From: Minisyncoccia bacterium
GTDB taxonomy: Bacteria > Patescibacteriota > Minisyncoccia > Phycocordibacterales > UBA9973
Length of the DNA stretch: 64,000 bases
Direction of reading: 5' to 3'
Assembly: GCA_049317285.1 (NCBI GenBank)
Contig: JBMOIO010000004.1
Span: 2,994 to 66,993 of the forward strand
The translations under genes were made by a program, and so were the position numbers. The notes under the pieces are model-generated. The model saw only the letters and a program-made list of their open reading frames with translations, did no database searches and was not told where the DNA came from. This document shows, in pieces, positions 27,678-41,592 of the stretch. How positions within the stretch are numbered: position 1 is the first letter of the stretch; every line of letters starts with the position of its first letter.

Positions 27678-28409
27678 ATGAAATTTCACTTTCTGACCAT
27701 ATTTCCCTCCATTGTTGCAAGCTACTTTACGGAAGCGATGCTCAAACGCGCCAGCGAAAAAAAGCTTGCTTCTTTTGCAGTGCTTAATATTCGCGACTAT
27801 ACGCTCGACCGCCACGGCAAGACCGATGAGCGCCCGTATGGCGGAGGTCCCGGCATGGTGATGACACCCGAGCCTATTTTGCGCGCGTACTCAAAACTGA
27901 AAATGAAGGGTGAAAAGACAAAGGGGAAAGTAAAGGTAGTGATGCTGAGTCCTACCGGCGCGCTGTTTACCAACGCCATGGCAGCAAAGCTTGCAAAGCA
28001 GTACAGCGACATTGTCTTTATCTGCGGGCGCTATGAAGGAGTGGATGACCGCGTGCGAAGCATTTTGAAAGCAGAAGAGGTATCAATAGGCGACTTTGTG
28101 CTGACCGGCGGGGAGCTGCCGGCTTTGGTGATGACTGATGCGATTGTGCGCCAGATACCTGGAGTACTCGGGAAAGGGGAGTCACTTGAAGAATCGCGCG
28201 CGGCCAGCCCGCGCGTCTTTACCCGCCCCGAAGTACTATTGTGGCCCCACTCCGGTAAACCTTCGCGGGGCACGTCCCGAGGTAAGACTTCAGGAGGCAC
28301 GCCCCAGGCTAAGCCTAAGAAATACAAAGTCCCACCGGTCCTTCTCTCTGGAGATCACAAGAAAATAGAAGAGTGGCGCTCTTCACAAAAACTGAGCCAG
28401 CAGAAGTAA
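27678..28409 (+). CDS. trmD: tRNA (guanine37-N1)-methyltransferase TrmD, with a roughly 26 aa low-complexity insertion in the C-terminal domain
   Basis: MKFHFLTIFP..., YGGGPGMVM and GRYEGVDDRV SPOUT-class motifs. A GSKPRT-rich insertion lies between FTRPEV and VPPVLLSGDH. Confidence 0.85.
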   Translation: MKFHFLTIFPSIVASYFTEAMLKRASEKKLASFAVLNIRDYTLDRHGKTDERPYGGGPGMVMTPEPILRAYSKLKMKGEKTKGKVKVVMLSPTGALFTNAMAAKLAKQYSDIVFICGRYEGVDDRVRSILKAEEVSIGDFVLTGGELPALVMTDAIVRQIPGVLGKGESLEESRAASPRVFTRPEVLLWPHSGKPSRGTSRGKTSGGTPQAKPKKYKVPPVLLSGDHKKIEEWRSSQKLSQQK

Positions 28410-28455
28410 AGGGTTTTTTATAGAGGTTTTTTGATAGAGGGGGTGTATACTGTAA

Positions 28456-29373
28456 TTGTTTAATAAATTAAGACCCAATTTCATGAATCACGAAAAGATT
28501 GACGGACAGGAAGAAGGAAATGAGCTTGAGCTTCAGGCAGTTTCATTACAGGAAACAGAAAGCGCTGCAGATCCTTTTGCGAAAGGACGGGAACGCATAG
28601 CAGCAGTCGGAGATTTTATTGCAAAAACAAAAGAAAAGGCGGGCAATGTAGCATCTCGCGTCAGCGGGGCGCTTTCACGCTTTTGGTCACGAACAAAGTC
28701 TGTTGCAGGCGAGAGTGCTGCAGCGGTGTTGTCAGCGGATGTATTGGCATCCAAGGGCTACGATGCTGTTGCTGAAAAAGCATCAGAGATCGATCATGCT
28801 ATCGGCGAAAAAGTTGAGTCATTTGGCGAAACGGTAGGCTACAAAACCGCTGAAGCGGCGGACTATGTACAAGGAAAGGCGCAAGAAGTAAAAAACACTG
28901 TTACTGATGCATATGACGAAACCCTTCTGTGGGGCAAAGACAAAAAAGATCAGGTAGGAGAGTTTATTACAGACAACTACGACAAAGCGATCAATTTCAA
29001 GAATGAAAAAGTGGAGCAGGTAAAAGAGTTTGCCACTGAAAAAGTTGAGCTCGCAAAGGATGTCGCCTTTTTTGTAAAAGAAAAAACATCTGAAGGTCTC
29101 GATAAGGCGAAAACAGGCATTGAAAACCGCTACAACAAAGTGAAGTCATTTGGGGAGAATGCGATCATGGCGGCAAAAATGGAGGCTTCTCGACTTAAAA
29201 ATGCATACCGCGAGAACATGAACGCGCTTCGCCTGCGCCGATTGCAGGCTGAATACGAGCGCATTGCAGCAAATGAGTCCCAGGCTTCAGCAGTTGCCGA
29301 GAAGTTCAAGCAGCAAAAAGACGCATTGGCGGAGAAACTCGGACTCGTTCAAAGCTTAGAAGCAGTAGCATAA
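28456..29373 (+). CDS. hypothetical alpha-helical repeat protein (LEA/apolipoprotein-like amphipathic repeats)
   Basis: Repeated KxxEFxTEKVE / DKAKTGIEN-type 11-mers; no TM. Confidence 0.4.
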   Translation: MFNKLRPNFMNHEKIDGQEEGNELELQAVSLQETESAADPFAKGRERIAAVGDFIAKTKEKAGNVASRVSGALSRFWSRTKSVAGESAAAVLSADVLASKGYDAVAEKASEIDHAIGEKVESFGETVGYKTAEAADYVQGKAQEVKNTVTDAYDETLLWGKDKKDQVGEFITDNYDKAINFKNEKVEQVKEFATEKVELAKDVAFFVKEKTSEGLDKAKTGIENRYNKVKSFGENAIMAAKMEASRLKNAYRENMNALRLRRLQAEYERIAANESQASAVAEKFKQQKDALAEKLGLVQSLEAVA

Positions 29374-29384
29374 TTACAATATCT

Positions 29385-29747
29385 ATGGATAAACAAGCAT
29401 ATAATGAAAAAATACAGCAAAGCGGTCTCTCAGCAGAGAGCAATCAGAAGATAGCGGACCTGTTGAACAGTTCGGAGCTGACGTTTGATGTAAAGGAAAT
29501 GATCAAAGACATTATTCAGGCAGATATTGAGTCCGATCCTGTTGCACTGGATGCAGAAGATATTGCCGCTGCACGTGCACTCGACGAAGAGCTCGTAGCC
29601 GGCCTTGCAGCGGTTGAACACGACCTTGCACAAGACATGGCAGTGGTTGAGACTGAGCTTGCCGACCTTGAAGGAATGACAAGCGAGATGGACAAGGCTG
29701 TGGACGAACAAAAGATAGAAGCCCTAAAGGCTGACATACAGTCATAA
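29385..29747 (+). CDS. hypothetical acidic protein
   Basis: 120 aa, Asp/Glu/Ala-rich; no motif. Confidence 0.35.
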   Translation: MDKQAYNEKIQQSGLSAESNQKIADLLNSSELTFDVKEMIKDIIQADIESDPVALDAEDIAAARALDEELVAGLAAVEHDLAQDMAVVETELADLEGMTSEMDKAVDEQKIEALKADIQS

Positions 29748-29797
29748 AAAAGAAGCACTCAATGGTGCTTCTGATGGATGCTCTGATTTAATTTCTA

Positions 29798-30202
29798 CTA
29801 TATCCAGGCAATTTTTTTCACATTTCCGATAGGGAAGTGAATTCGATACGGCTGAACAAGTGTCATCACATATCTCTTGAAGAGGGTAGATTCATCGTAG
29901 TCATTGTCCGCAAGCTTTTCAAACTCTTTCTTTTCCGAGAATTGGATACTCGTTTTGTCTATGCCATGAGTGTAAAAAAGGTTGATGCCAGCCATGTCGG
30001 TGATAACCAACTCCTTTTCTTCTTGAACGGTTTTTTTAGCTCCGAAGAGTCCTTTTATCCCCCCGACACTTACCCGGTTTCCTTTGGAAAGGTAGGCGAT
30101 AGTGAGGGAGATAACTTTTTTGTTTTGGGCTATTTCCGTAATAGGAAGGACTTCTCCATTGTGGAAAAATTCCGGTATTGGGGCGAAAATGTCTTGTGTC
30201 AT
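29798..30202 (-). CDS. hypothetical protein (AT-rich neighbourhood)
   Basis: 134 aa; no motif recognised. Confidence 0.35.
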   Translation of the reverse strand: MTQDIFAPIPEFFHNGEVLPITEIAQNKKVISLTIAYLSKGNRVSVGGIKGLFGAKKTVQEEKELVITDMAGINLFYTHGIDKTSIQFSEKKEFEKLADNDYDESTLFKRYVMTLVQPYRIHFPIGNVKKIAWI

Positions 30203-30303
30203 ATTGCTTCTATATTAGATTTATGAAAGAAATGTGTGTTATTTGTATAATACCATATAATTTATAAAAAGTCAAACTTCACGTCATTTTCCCCATAGAG
30301 AGG

Positions 30304-30333
30304 GATTTGACAAAAAAACGTTATGGTATATAC
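30304..30333 (+). promoter_or_regulatory. candidate promoter for rpoB, followed by a roughly 135 nt leader
   Basis: TTGACA-16-TATACT upstream of a long untranslated leader before the rpoB ATG. Confidence 0.3.
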
Positions 30334-30469
30334 TCTTTCCACTACTGACTACGGAATGGTTGCGGCTAAAGAGATATTGTAGATTATTAGGTGAGATTAC
30401 ACGTACGCCCTCCGATTCACTAAAAGAATTGGTGCGGCATTTTCGCGTTTTAGTTAAAAATTATACTGC

Positions 30470-33400
30470 ATGAGTAAAACAACACAGGCCGTAGCGGGAG
30501 CACGGCCGAAAAAGTACTTTTCGAAATACAAAGAACCACTCGCACCATTTCCTAACCTGATTCAGCACCAGATTGACTCGTTCAATATGTTGATTGAAAA
30601 AGGGCTTAAGGATGTTTTTAAAGAATTCACCCCGATCCTCGACTACTCTACAAAGAAGTTCCAACTGGACTTCGTCTCATTTCACCTCGTTGAACCAAAG
30701 TTCGACGAACACTATGCTAAAGAAAACAAGCTTTCACTTGAAACACAGCTGAAGGCTCGCGTTCGCCTCACCAACAAACAAACCGGCACCGACAAGGAGC
30801 AGGAAATCTTTATGGCGGACATCCCAGTGATGACCGGTCATGGAACATTCATCATCAACGGTGTTGAACGCTCTATCATTCCCCAGCTCTCCCGCTCGTC
30901 TGGTGTGTTTTTCACCGAGCTTGAAGTAAAAGGCAAGCGCTTTTTCGGTGCAAAGATCATCCCAAACCGCGGTGTATGGATCGAAATCGAATCTGATCCC
31001 GACGGTACTGTGTACGTGCGTATCGACAAGAAGCGCAAGTTCCCGATCATCTCACTCCTTCGAGCAATGGGTCTCACTGAAGACGCTGACATCAAAAAGC
31101 ACTTCAAAAACGAAGCGTCTAAGAAAATGATTGAACACTCAATCGAAAAAGACCCTTCAAAGACGACCGACGAAGCATTGGTTGAAATCTACCGTAAGCT
31201 CCGCGACGGTGACTTGGCTACTGCTGACAACGCACGAGAATTCGTCAACAACCTCTTCTCTGAAGAGCGCTACGACCTTTCTTCTGTGGGTCGCTTCCGC
31301 TTCAACAACCGCTTTGAGCTCGACTCCAGTCCAAAGGAAATGGAGCGCAAGACTCTTTCAGCTTCAGACATCTGCCACATCATCGACAATATCGTAAAGC
31401 TCAACACCACTCCAGGGAGCCATGCAGACGATATCGACGACCTCGCTTCCCGCCGAGTTCGCTTTGTCGGCGAAATGCTTCAGCAAAAAATCTTTGTTGG
31501 TCTCACTCAGATCAAGCGAAACGTGCAGGACCGCATGAGTACTATCGACTCTGCAAATGCGCTTCCAATCCAGGTGGTCAACCAGCGCCCGTTGCAAGCT
31601 CGCATCAAAGAGTTCTTTACGACTAACCAGCTCTCGCAGTTCATGCTTCAGGAAAACGTGCTCTCAGAACTTGAAGAGCTGCGTACCCTCTCTGCGCTTG
31701 GACCCGGCGGTCTCTCACGAGAACGCGCAACCCTTGAAGTACGCGACGTGCACCCTTCTCACTACGGACGTGTGTGTCCTATACACACTCCTGAAGGTCC
31801 AAACATCGGTTTGATCCTTCGCTTGGCTATTTATGCCCGCGTAAACGAATTCGGTATTATCGAAACTCCGTATGTAAAAGTGAAGGACGGAAAGATCACC
31901 GGCGAAATCGCTTACCTCAATGCTGCTGAAGAAGAAAAATGCATCATCGCACACGGCGGAAACAAATACGACGACAAGGGCAACCTTGAAGAGCGCGTTG
32001 AAGCTCGTATTTATCGCAGTCCAGGAATCGTTTCTAAGAAAGAAGTTCACTTCATCGATGTTGCGCCAAACCAAGCATTCTCTCTTGCGACTTCTATGGT
32101 GCCATTCTTGGAACACAACGATGCGAACCGAGCACTCATGGGTTCAAACATGCAAAAGCAGGCGGTTCCATTGATCCGTCCAGAAGCGCCGTTTGTTGCA
32201 ACTGGTGTTGAAGAAAGTGCTGCTCCATACTCAGGCCGTCTCGTTATTGCTGAAGAAGCGGGCGAAGTGGTTGCAGTGGATGCGTCTAAAGTCACTATCC
32301 GCAACGACAAGAACAAAGACCACACCTACAACCTCGTTTCTTTCCAGCGCAACAACAACTTCGGTGCATTCCACCAGCGCCCAGTTGTTTCGCCTGGAGC
32401 GAAAGTAAAGAAGGGCGACCTCTTGGCCGACACTTCTACTACTGACCGCGGACAAATCTCGCTCGGACACAACATGATGGTAGCGTTCATGTCATGGAAC
32501 GGTGCAAACTTTGAAGACGCGATCATCCTCTCAGAGCGACTCGTGAAGGATTCAAAGTTTACCTCTATGTATATCGTTGAATTCGTGTCAGTGGTGCGCG
32601 ATACAAAGCTTGGACCCGAAATCACTACTCGCGATATCCCCAACGTCGGTGAAGGTCGACTCAAAGACCTCGACGAAGACGGTATCATCCGCGTGGGTGC
32701 TGAAGTAAAGGAAGGCGACATTTTGGTAGGGAAAATCACACCAAAAGGCGAGACAGAACTCACTCCTGAAGAGCGTCTCCTTCGCTCTATCTTTGCTGAA
32801 AAGGCACGCGACGTGAAAGACACATCGCTGAAGATGGATCACGGCAAGCGCGGACGCATTATTCGCGTCAAAGTATTCTCACGCGACCAAGGACACACGC
32901 TTGAAAGCGGTGTGATCAAAAAGATTGTTATCGAAGTAGCACAGCTTCGAAACATTTCAGTGGGCGACAAGCTCGCGGGACGACACGGTAACAAGGGTGT
33001 TATTTCTGTCATCCTTCCTGAAGAAGACATGCCTTACACAGCAGACGGCCGACCGGTTGATGTGGTACTTACCCCACTTGGTGTGCCCTCTCGTATGAAC
33101 CTCGGACAAATCTTGGAGCTCCACTTGGGTATGGCAGCTGCTGAACTTGGCTACCAGGCTATCGTCCCTCCATTTGCAGGCGCAACAGACGCTGAAATCA
33201 AAGAAGAACTGGTGAAAGCGGGCCTTCCTTCAAACGGACGCATCCCACTCTTTGACGGACGAACTGGAGATAAATTCGAAAGCGATATCGCTGTCGGATA
33301 CATGTACATCTTGAAACTTCACCACATGGTGGAAGACAAGATTCACATGCGTTCCATCGGGCCGTACTCTCTTATTACGCAGCAGCCACTCGGCGGTAAG

Positions 33401-33685
33401 GCACAAGGAGGAGGTCAGCGCTTTGGTGAAATGGAAGTCTGGGCGCTTGAAGGATACGGTGCATCGCACACGCTTCGAGAAATGCTCACTATCAAGTCTG
33501 ATGATATTCGCGGGAGAGCTGCGACATTCGACTCTATTATCAAGGGCGAAACAATCGGCGAACCAAATGTTCCTGCATCATTCTCTGTGATGTTGAACTA
33601 CCTTCGCGGATTGTCACTGGATGTCGAACTGGTGCAAAGCAAACCTGTTGTGGTCGAAGCCGATGCACAGGAAGTAGAAGCGTAA
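30470..33685 (+). CDS. rpoB: DNA-directed RNA polymerase subunit beta
   Basis: 1071 aa; canonical RpoB blocks (GHGTFIINGVERS..., NMQRQAVPL-like, GDKLAGRHGNKGVIS). Confidence 0.97.
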   Translation: MSKTTQAVAGARPKKYFSKYKEPLAPFPNLIQHQIDSFNMLIEKGLKDVFKEFTPILDYSTKKFQLDFVSFHLVEPKFDEHYAKENKLSLETQLKARVRLTNKQTGTDKEQEIFMADIPVMTGHGTFIINGVERSIIPQLSRSSGVFFTELEVKGKRFFGAKIIPNRGVWIEIESDPDGTVYVRIDKKRKFPIISLLRAMGLTEDADIKKHFKNEASKKMIEHSIEKDPSKTTDEALVEIYRKLRDGDLATADNAREFVNNLFSEERYDLSSVGRFRFNNRFELDSSPKEMERKTLSASDICHIIDNIVKLNTTPGSHADDIDDLASRRVRFVGEMLQQKIFVGLTQIKRNVQDRMSTIDSANALPIQVVNQRPLQARIKEFFTTNQLSQFMLQENVLSELEELRTLSALGPGGLSRERATLEVRDVHPSHYGRVCPIHTPEGPNIGLILRLAIYARVNEFGIIETPYVKVKDGKITGEIAYLNAAEEEKCIIAHGGNKYDDKGNLEERVEARIYRSPGIVSKKEVHFIDVAPNQAFSLATSMVPFLEHNDANRALMGSNMQKQAVPLIRPEAPFVATGVEESAAPYSGRLVIAEEAGEVVAVDASKVTIRNDKNKDHTYNLVSFQRNNNFGAFHQRPVVSPGAKVKKGDLLADTSTTDRGQISLGHNMMVAFMSWNGANFEDAIILSERLVKDSKFTSMYIVEFVSVVRDTKLGPEITTRDIPNVGEGRLKDLDEDGIIRVGAEVKEGDILVGKITPKGETELTPEERLLRSIFAEKARDVKDTSLKMDHGKRGRIIRVKVFSRDQGHTLESGVIKKIVIEVAQLRNISVGDKLAGRHGNKGVISVILPEEDMPYTADGRPVDVVLTPLGVPSRMNLGQILELHLGMAAAELGYQAIVPPFAGATDAEIKEELVKAGLPSNGRIPLFDGRTGDKFESDIAVGYMYILKLHHMVEDKIHMRSIGPYSLITQQPLGGKAQGGGQRFGEMEVWALEGYGASHTLREMLTIKSDDIRGRAATFDSIIKGETIGEPNVPASFSVMLNYLRGLSLDVELVQSKPVVVEADAQEVEA

Positions 33686-33704
33686 TACTCACTCACACAC
33701 ATAT

Positions 33705-37331
<3,627 letters not shown>

Positions 37332-37336
37332 AGGTA

Positions 37337-39076
37337 ATGAACAACTCGGTGATCGAACAAATAAAAAGTCGGTTGCCTATTGCAGAAGTTCTCGCGTCTT
37401 ATATCACACTTATTCCGGCTGGAACACAGTTTAAAGCGAAGTGTCCGTTTCATAATGAAAAGACCGCATCGTTTTCAATTTCGCCGGAGCGAGGGCTATA
37501 CTACTGTTTTGGCTGTGGCGCAAAGGGCGATATCGTCAACTTTGTGCAAGAGTTCGAAGGGGTAGACTTCAAAGGGGCACTCAAAATACTCGCCGACAGG
37601 GCGGGTATAGTGCTTTCTGCGTACAGTGGAAAAACGAGTGAAGAAGTTGATGAGACTGACCGTATCTACAAAGCACTTGATGATGCATCATTGCACTATG
37701 AAAAAGAATTGCAGAACAATAAAGAGGCACTTGAATATCTCAAAGCGCGCGGATTGACAGACGAAACCATTTCGAACTTCCGTATTGGCTACGCGCCAAA
37801 TGAGTGGCGGTATTTAAGTGGCACGGCATCAATCGGAGACACTCTCTTCCTTGAGCGCGCAGGCCTCGCGAAAAAAACAGAAAAGCTTGTCCCGCAAAGC
37901 GACGGTTCGAGTCGCGACATGGGAGGCTACTATGACCGCTTTCGCGGGCGCATTATGTTTCCGCTTGCGGACTCGAGTGGGCGCATCGTCGGATTTTCCG
38001 GGCGCATGTTCCCTGATACTCCTGAAGGCCCAAAGTATTTAAATTCGCCTGAAACAGAAGTGTTTCAAAAGTCGCGCATATTGTTTGGCTTTGATAAAGC
38101 AAAGCAAGCAATTAGAAAGCACAACTTTGCGATCATGGTGGAAGGGCAGATGGATCTCGTGCTTTCGCATCAGGCCGGGTTTAAGAATACGGTCGCAACA
38201 AGCGGTACTGCCGTATCAGAGCAATCAGCGACCGATATGGGCGCACAGCTGGTGGTCTTGTCACGACTCACACCAAACTTGTTCTTGGCATTCGACGGAG
38301 ACAGTGCTGGCGAGAAAGCACTCGCACGAGCGGCGCTTGTGGCCCTTACTTTAGGGATGAATCCAAAGGTGGTATCGCTCCTGGGTGGTGTGGACCCGGC
38401 CGATTTTATCCTCAAAGAGGGGACGGAAGCGTGGAAAATGCGATTGAAGGAAAGCGAACACTATATCCTGCACACGCTTCATGCGATACAGCGCTCGATA
38501 CCGTCGGCGCACGGACTCAAACTGTTGATTCGAGAAAAACTCTTTCCGTTTTTGTTGCGGGTTAAGTCCGCAATCGAGCGCCAGAGCTATCTCGATTCTA
38601 TTGCGCGAGAAAGCAGTCTTGGTGTGAGTATCGTGCTCGAAGACTACACTGCATTTGCCAAAGAACAAGCGAGTGTCCAGAGTACTGCACCACAAGCCCT
38701 TCCCAGCACAAAGTCCGCAACGCACATTGAGCGCTTTGTTGCGTTTGCCGAGCTCTATCCCACCGAGTCAAAAGAGAGTCGCGCACTGCTTACTGATTTT
38801 ACATTCAACGAAAGCCGTCTCACCCTTTCTTCTCTTGGCGAGAACAAAGAGAGTATCCTCGCGCTCATAGAAAGCCAGTACCAGTCGTTTTCAAGCGAGG
38901 ACCGGATAGCTGTGGCGCGTGAGCTTGCCGAAACAATCATTCAAGAATTTCTTCAAGAATTGAAGTTTCAATATTCCATGAGCATGGCTGCCGCCAAGCA
39001 AGAAGGGGACGAAGAAAAAGAACTTCACTATCTCGGACTTCTCCAGCAAATTAACCAGCGTCGTCAGGGAGGGTAA
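37337..39076 (+). CDS. dnaG: DNA primase
   Basis: Zinc ribbon [13 protein letters not shown]...[10 protein letters not shown]; TOPRIM region with EGQMD. Confidence 0.9.
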   Translation: MNNSVIEQIKSRLPIAEVLASYITLIPAGTQFKAKCPFHNEKTASFSISPERGLYYCFGCGAKGDIVNFVQEFEGVDFKGALKILADRAGIVLSAYSGKTSEEVDETDRIYKALDDASLHYEKELQNNKEALEYLKARGLTDETISNFRIGYAPNEWRYLSGTASIGDTLFLERAGLAKKTEKLVPQSDGSSRDMGGYYDRFRGRIMFPLADSSGRIVGFSGRMFPDTPEGPKYLNSPETEVFQKSRILFGFDKAKQAIRKHNFAIMVEGQMDLVLSHQAGFKNTVATSGTAVSEQSATDMGAQLVVLSRLTPNLFLAFDGDSAGEKALARAALVALTLGMNPKVVSLLGGVDPADFILKEGTEAWKMRLKESEHYILHTLHAIQRSIPSAHGLKLLIREKLFPFLLRVKSAIERQSYLDSIARESSLGVSIVLEDYTAFAKEQASVQSTAPQALPSTKSATHIERFVAFAELYPTESKESRALLTDFTFNESRLTLSSLGENKESILALIESQYQSFSSEDRIAVARELAETIIQEFLQELKFQYSMSMAAAKQEGDEEKELHYLGLLQQINQRRQGG

Positions 39077-39093
39077 GAGACGCGTCCCACGCC

Positions 39094-39190
39094 GTCCTTA
39101 CGGACTATGCGGGACGCGGTACCACGGCTGTCCTTACGGACTATGCGGGACGCGGTACCACGGCTGTCCTTACGGACTATGCGGGACGCG
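39094..39190. repeat. 36-bp tandem direct repeat (about 2.7 units) with palindromic ends, between dnaG and rpoD
   Basis: Unit GTCCTTACGGACTATGCGGGACGCGGTACCACGGCT at 39094..39129, 39130..39165 and a partial 39166..39190. An 18-nt perfect palindrome CGCGGGACGCGTCCCGCG lies at 39179..39196. Confidence 0.8.
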
Positions 39191-39210
39191 TCCCGCGAAG
39201 CCTCGGCGAA

Positions 39211-40656
39211 GTGGGATTGACTTTTACCCCTATTTCCCTGATGATAGCTATGCACTCATTTATGCCAAATAAGAAACCAGCCCCAAAGGCAAAAGTACAA
39301 CCAAAGAAGGCACTCAAAAAAAGCGCCCCGGCGCCCAAAAATAAGAAGGTAGTAGCGAAGAAACCTACACCAGTCAAAAAAGTCCCCTCCAAGGCAATCG
39401 CAAAAAAAGCAGTAAAGAAACCTGCGAACGTTGCACCAAAGAAAGTAGTAAAGAAAGTAGTACAGAAAACGCCTGTTAAAAAAGTGGCACCAAAGAAAAT
39501 AGAACCAGTTGTAGAACGCGCAAAGCCGCGGCCAATTACTATTCGTCATGCTGGAAGCGCACCTCGTCGCGAAACTAATACTGAAAAGAAATTAAAGGAA
39601 TTGGAAGTGAAGAGCGACGAGCTGATCCAAAAAGGGAAGAAGCGCGGCTTTATCACCTACGACGAGATTTTAAAAACATTCCCCGATATTGAAAACAACA
39701 TTTCATTTTTGGATGAATTGTATGAAAAGTTCTCTGGTGCAGGTATCGATGTTCTCGAAGGGGGAAACCTTCTTGATGTTGACGCGACTGAAGACCTTTC
39801 AAAATACGCAAAGGACTCGCACAGCTTTAGTTCGGTCCAAATGTATCTGAAGGATATCGGTCAGTACCCACTGATCAATGCAGCACAGGAAAAAGAGCTT
39901 GCAAAGCGTATTCAAGCCGGCGACGGCGAAGCAAAGAACTTGCTCGCACGAAGCAACCTTCGCTTGGTGGTAAGTATTGCAAAGAAGTACGCAAACCGTA
40001 CTGCAGACCTTACCCTTTTGGACTTGATCCAAGAAGGAAATATCGGATTGTTTAAGGCAGTAGAGAAGTTTGACCATACGAAAGGCTTCAAGTTCTCAAC
40101 CTATGCAACTTGGTGGATTCGACAGTCTATTACTCGAGCACTTGCGGACCAGTCTCGCACTATCCGTATTCCGGTGCACATGGTGGAAACCATTTCAAAA
40201 TACAAGCAGGTGCTTCGCCGTTTGGCACAAGACCTTGGGCGTGATCCGATGCCTGAAGAAGTAGCGATGGAGATGGGAATCGAAGTTGAGAAAGTGCATG
40301 TCATTGAACAGATCAACCAAGAGACTCGCTCGCTTGAACAGCCGATCGGAGACGACGAAGACAAATCAACCTTCGGTGAATTTATTCCCGACGACAAGAT
40401 TCTTCGTCCCGACCAAGAAGCCTCTCGCCGTATGCTCACCGATGCCATCCGCGCCGTTTTGGAAGACCTCTCTCCAAAGGAGAAACGAATTCTTGAGATG
40501 CGCTATGGGTTGACCGACGGTGTACAGCACACGCTTGAAGAAGTAGGGAAGGAGTTTGGCGTCACCCGCGAACGCATCCGACAGATTGAAGCGAAGGTGC
40601 ACGAAAAGCTTCGCCAAAACGACCGCATTCAGCGGCTGCGCAATTACTTCGACTAG
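39211..40656 (+). CDS. rpoD: RNA polymerase sigma-70 factor (primary sigma) with a basic Lys/Pro/Ala-rich N-terminal extension
   Basis: Regions 1.2-4 are present ([33 protein letters not shown]-terminal [22 protein letters not shown]). The N-terminal roughly 100 aa are [13 protein letters not shown]... The true start may be the internal MHSFMPNKK (about 39250). Confidence 0.9.
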   Translation: MGLTFTPISLMIAMHSFMPNKKPAPKAKVQPKKALKKSAPAPKNKKVVAKKPTPVKKVPSKAIAKKAVKKPANVAPKKVVKKVVQKTPVKKVAPKKIEPVVERAKPRPITIRHAGSAPRRETNTEKKLKELEVKSDELIQKGKKRGFITYDEILKTFPDIENNISFLDELYEKFSGAGIDVLEGGNLLDVDATEDLSKYAKDSHSFSSVQMYLKDIGQYPLINAAQEKELAKRIQAGDGEAKNLLARSNLRLVVSIAKKYANRTADLTLLDLIQEGNIGLFKAVEKFDHTKGFKFSTYATWWIRQSITRALADQSRTIRIPVHMVETISKYKQVLRRLAQDLGRDPMPEEVAMEMGIEVEKVHVIEQINQETRSLEQPIGDDEDKSTFGEFIPDDKILRPDQEASRRMLTDAIRAVLEDLSPKEKRILEMRYGLTDGVQHTLEEVGKEFGVTRERIRQIEAKVHEKLRQNDRIQRLRNYFD

Positions 40657-40695
40657 TCTCGCCGTAGCTTTAGCAAAGGCGGATTAAGCGCTCAA

Positions 40696-40810
40696 GAAAA
40701 ATAAGTATAGCTCCTTTCGAACGGCACGCATAAATTTCTGCTGAAATTTTGCTCCAACTCGGCTCAGTCAGCCTGCGTTAGACCGTTCTCAAGGACTATA
40801 CTTATTTTTC
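40696..40810 (+). repeat. intergenic hairpin repeat, copy C
   Basis: GAAAAATAAGTATAGCTCCTTTCGAACG-core-CGTTCTCAAGGACTATACTTATTTTTC; the core is nearly identical to copies A and D. Confidence 0.6.
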
Positions 40811-40829
40811 TCTCGCTTAGTGAATAAGT

Positions 40830-40877
40830 AATACAAAAAGCCCTAGTAATAGGGCCTTTTGTATTACTTGCTTTTTT
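40830..40877 (+). terminator. rho-independent terminator
   Basis: TAATACAAAAAGCCCTAgtaaTAGGGCCTTTTTGTATTA followed by a T-run. Confidence 0.55.
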
Positions 40878-40919
40878 GTAAAATCTATGGTATAATTCAC
40901 TTAGACTTAACAACTAAAC

Positions 40920-41216
40920 ATGGACCCAAATAAATCTCTCGAACAACTACTCTCTGCAAAACCGGAAGATATTCTGAAGCAATTGCTTGCTTTTAATCTT
41001 ATGATTCAAAAATCAGGAAACGAGGAAATCATAGCGATATGGCATACATTAAAATCTGCAGAATCTATGGCGAATGCTTCGACAACTGGTTCGGAAAATA
41101 TCCAAGAACTTTTGAAATCTGTAAAATCAAGATTAAAGATTATTCTTGCTGAAGAACATAGTGTATATAGAAAAGAAAAAAAAGAACTTTTCGAATCTAT
41201 TGTAGGAGAATTGTAA
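40920..41216 (+). CDS. hypothetical small protein
   Basis: 98 aa, helical and charged; followed by a terminator-like hairpin at 41224..41248. Confidence 0.4.
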   Translation: MDPNKSLEQLLSAKPEDILKQLLAFNLMIQKSGNEEIIAIWHTLKSAESMANASTTGSENIQELLKSVKSRLKIILAEEHSVYRKEKKELFESIVGEL

Positions 41217-41592
41217 AAAAAAAGCCCGGGCACAGTCTCGGGTTTTTCTTATTGTTGACTTTTGTTTAAAGAAGAGTAGAGTGCTGTGAAATACTGATTC
41301 TATGAAAAAAATCTGCTCAGCTCGTTTCTTGTTTATTTCAGGTTTGGTGTTTCTAGCGTATGCTGTAGCGGCCATATCTCCAATAGCATTTTTTATTGCC
41401 GGAACTTTCCATAGTGTCGCCGGTATACTGACAGTCTACAGCTCGAAGAGTGGAAAGTGGACACGTATTGGGGGAAGCCTGCTTTTTGTCTTTTGGATTA
41501 TGGCATTGATTCCTTCATTTCCTCCTCCGACGGGAAGAAAGGTTATTCCAATGAAAAACCCCATACAGCTTGCTGTATGGGGTTTTATTTTT

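Noticed and set aside
39094-39190. Possible CRISPR array (regular 36-bp direct repeats)
   Set aside because: The repeats are strictly contiguous with no intervening spacers, and there are only about 2.7 units. This is a tandem minisatellite, not a CRISPR.
39064-39255. Minus-strand ORF encoding [12 protein letters not shown] repeats
   Set aside because: It is a pure artefact of translating the 36-bp tandem repeat and lies in the dnaG-rpoD spacer.
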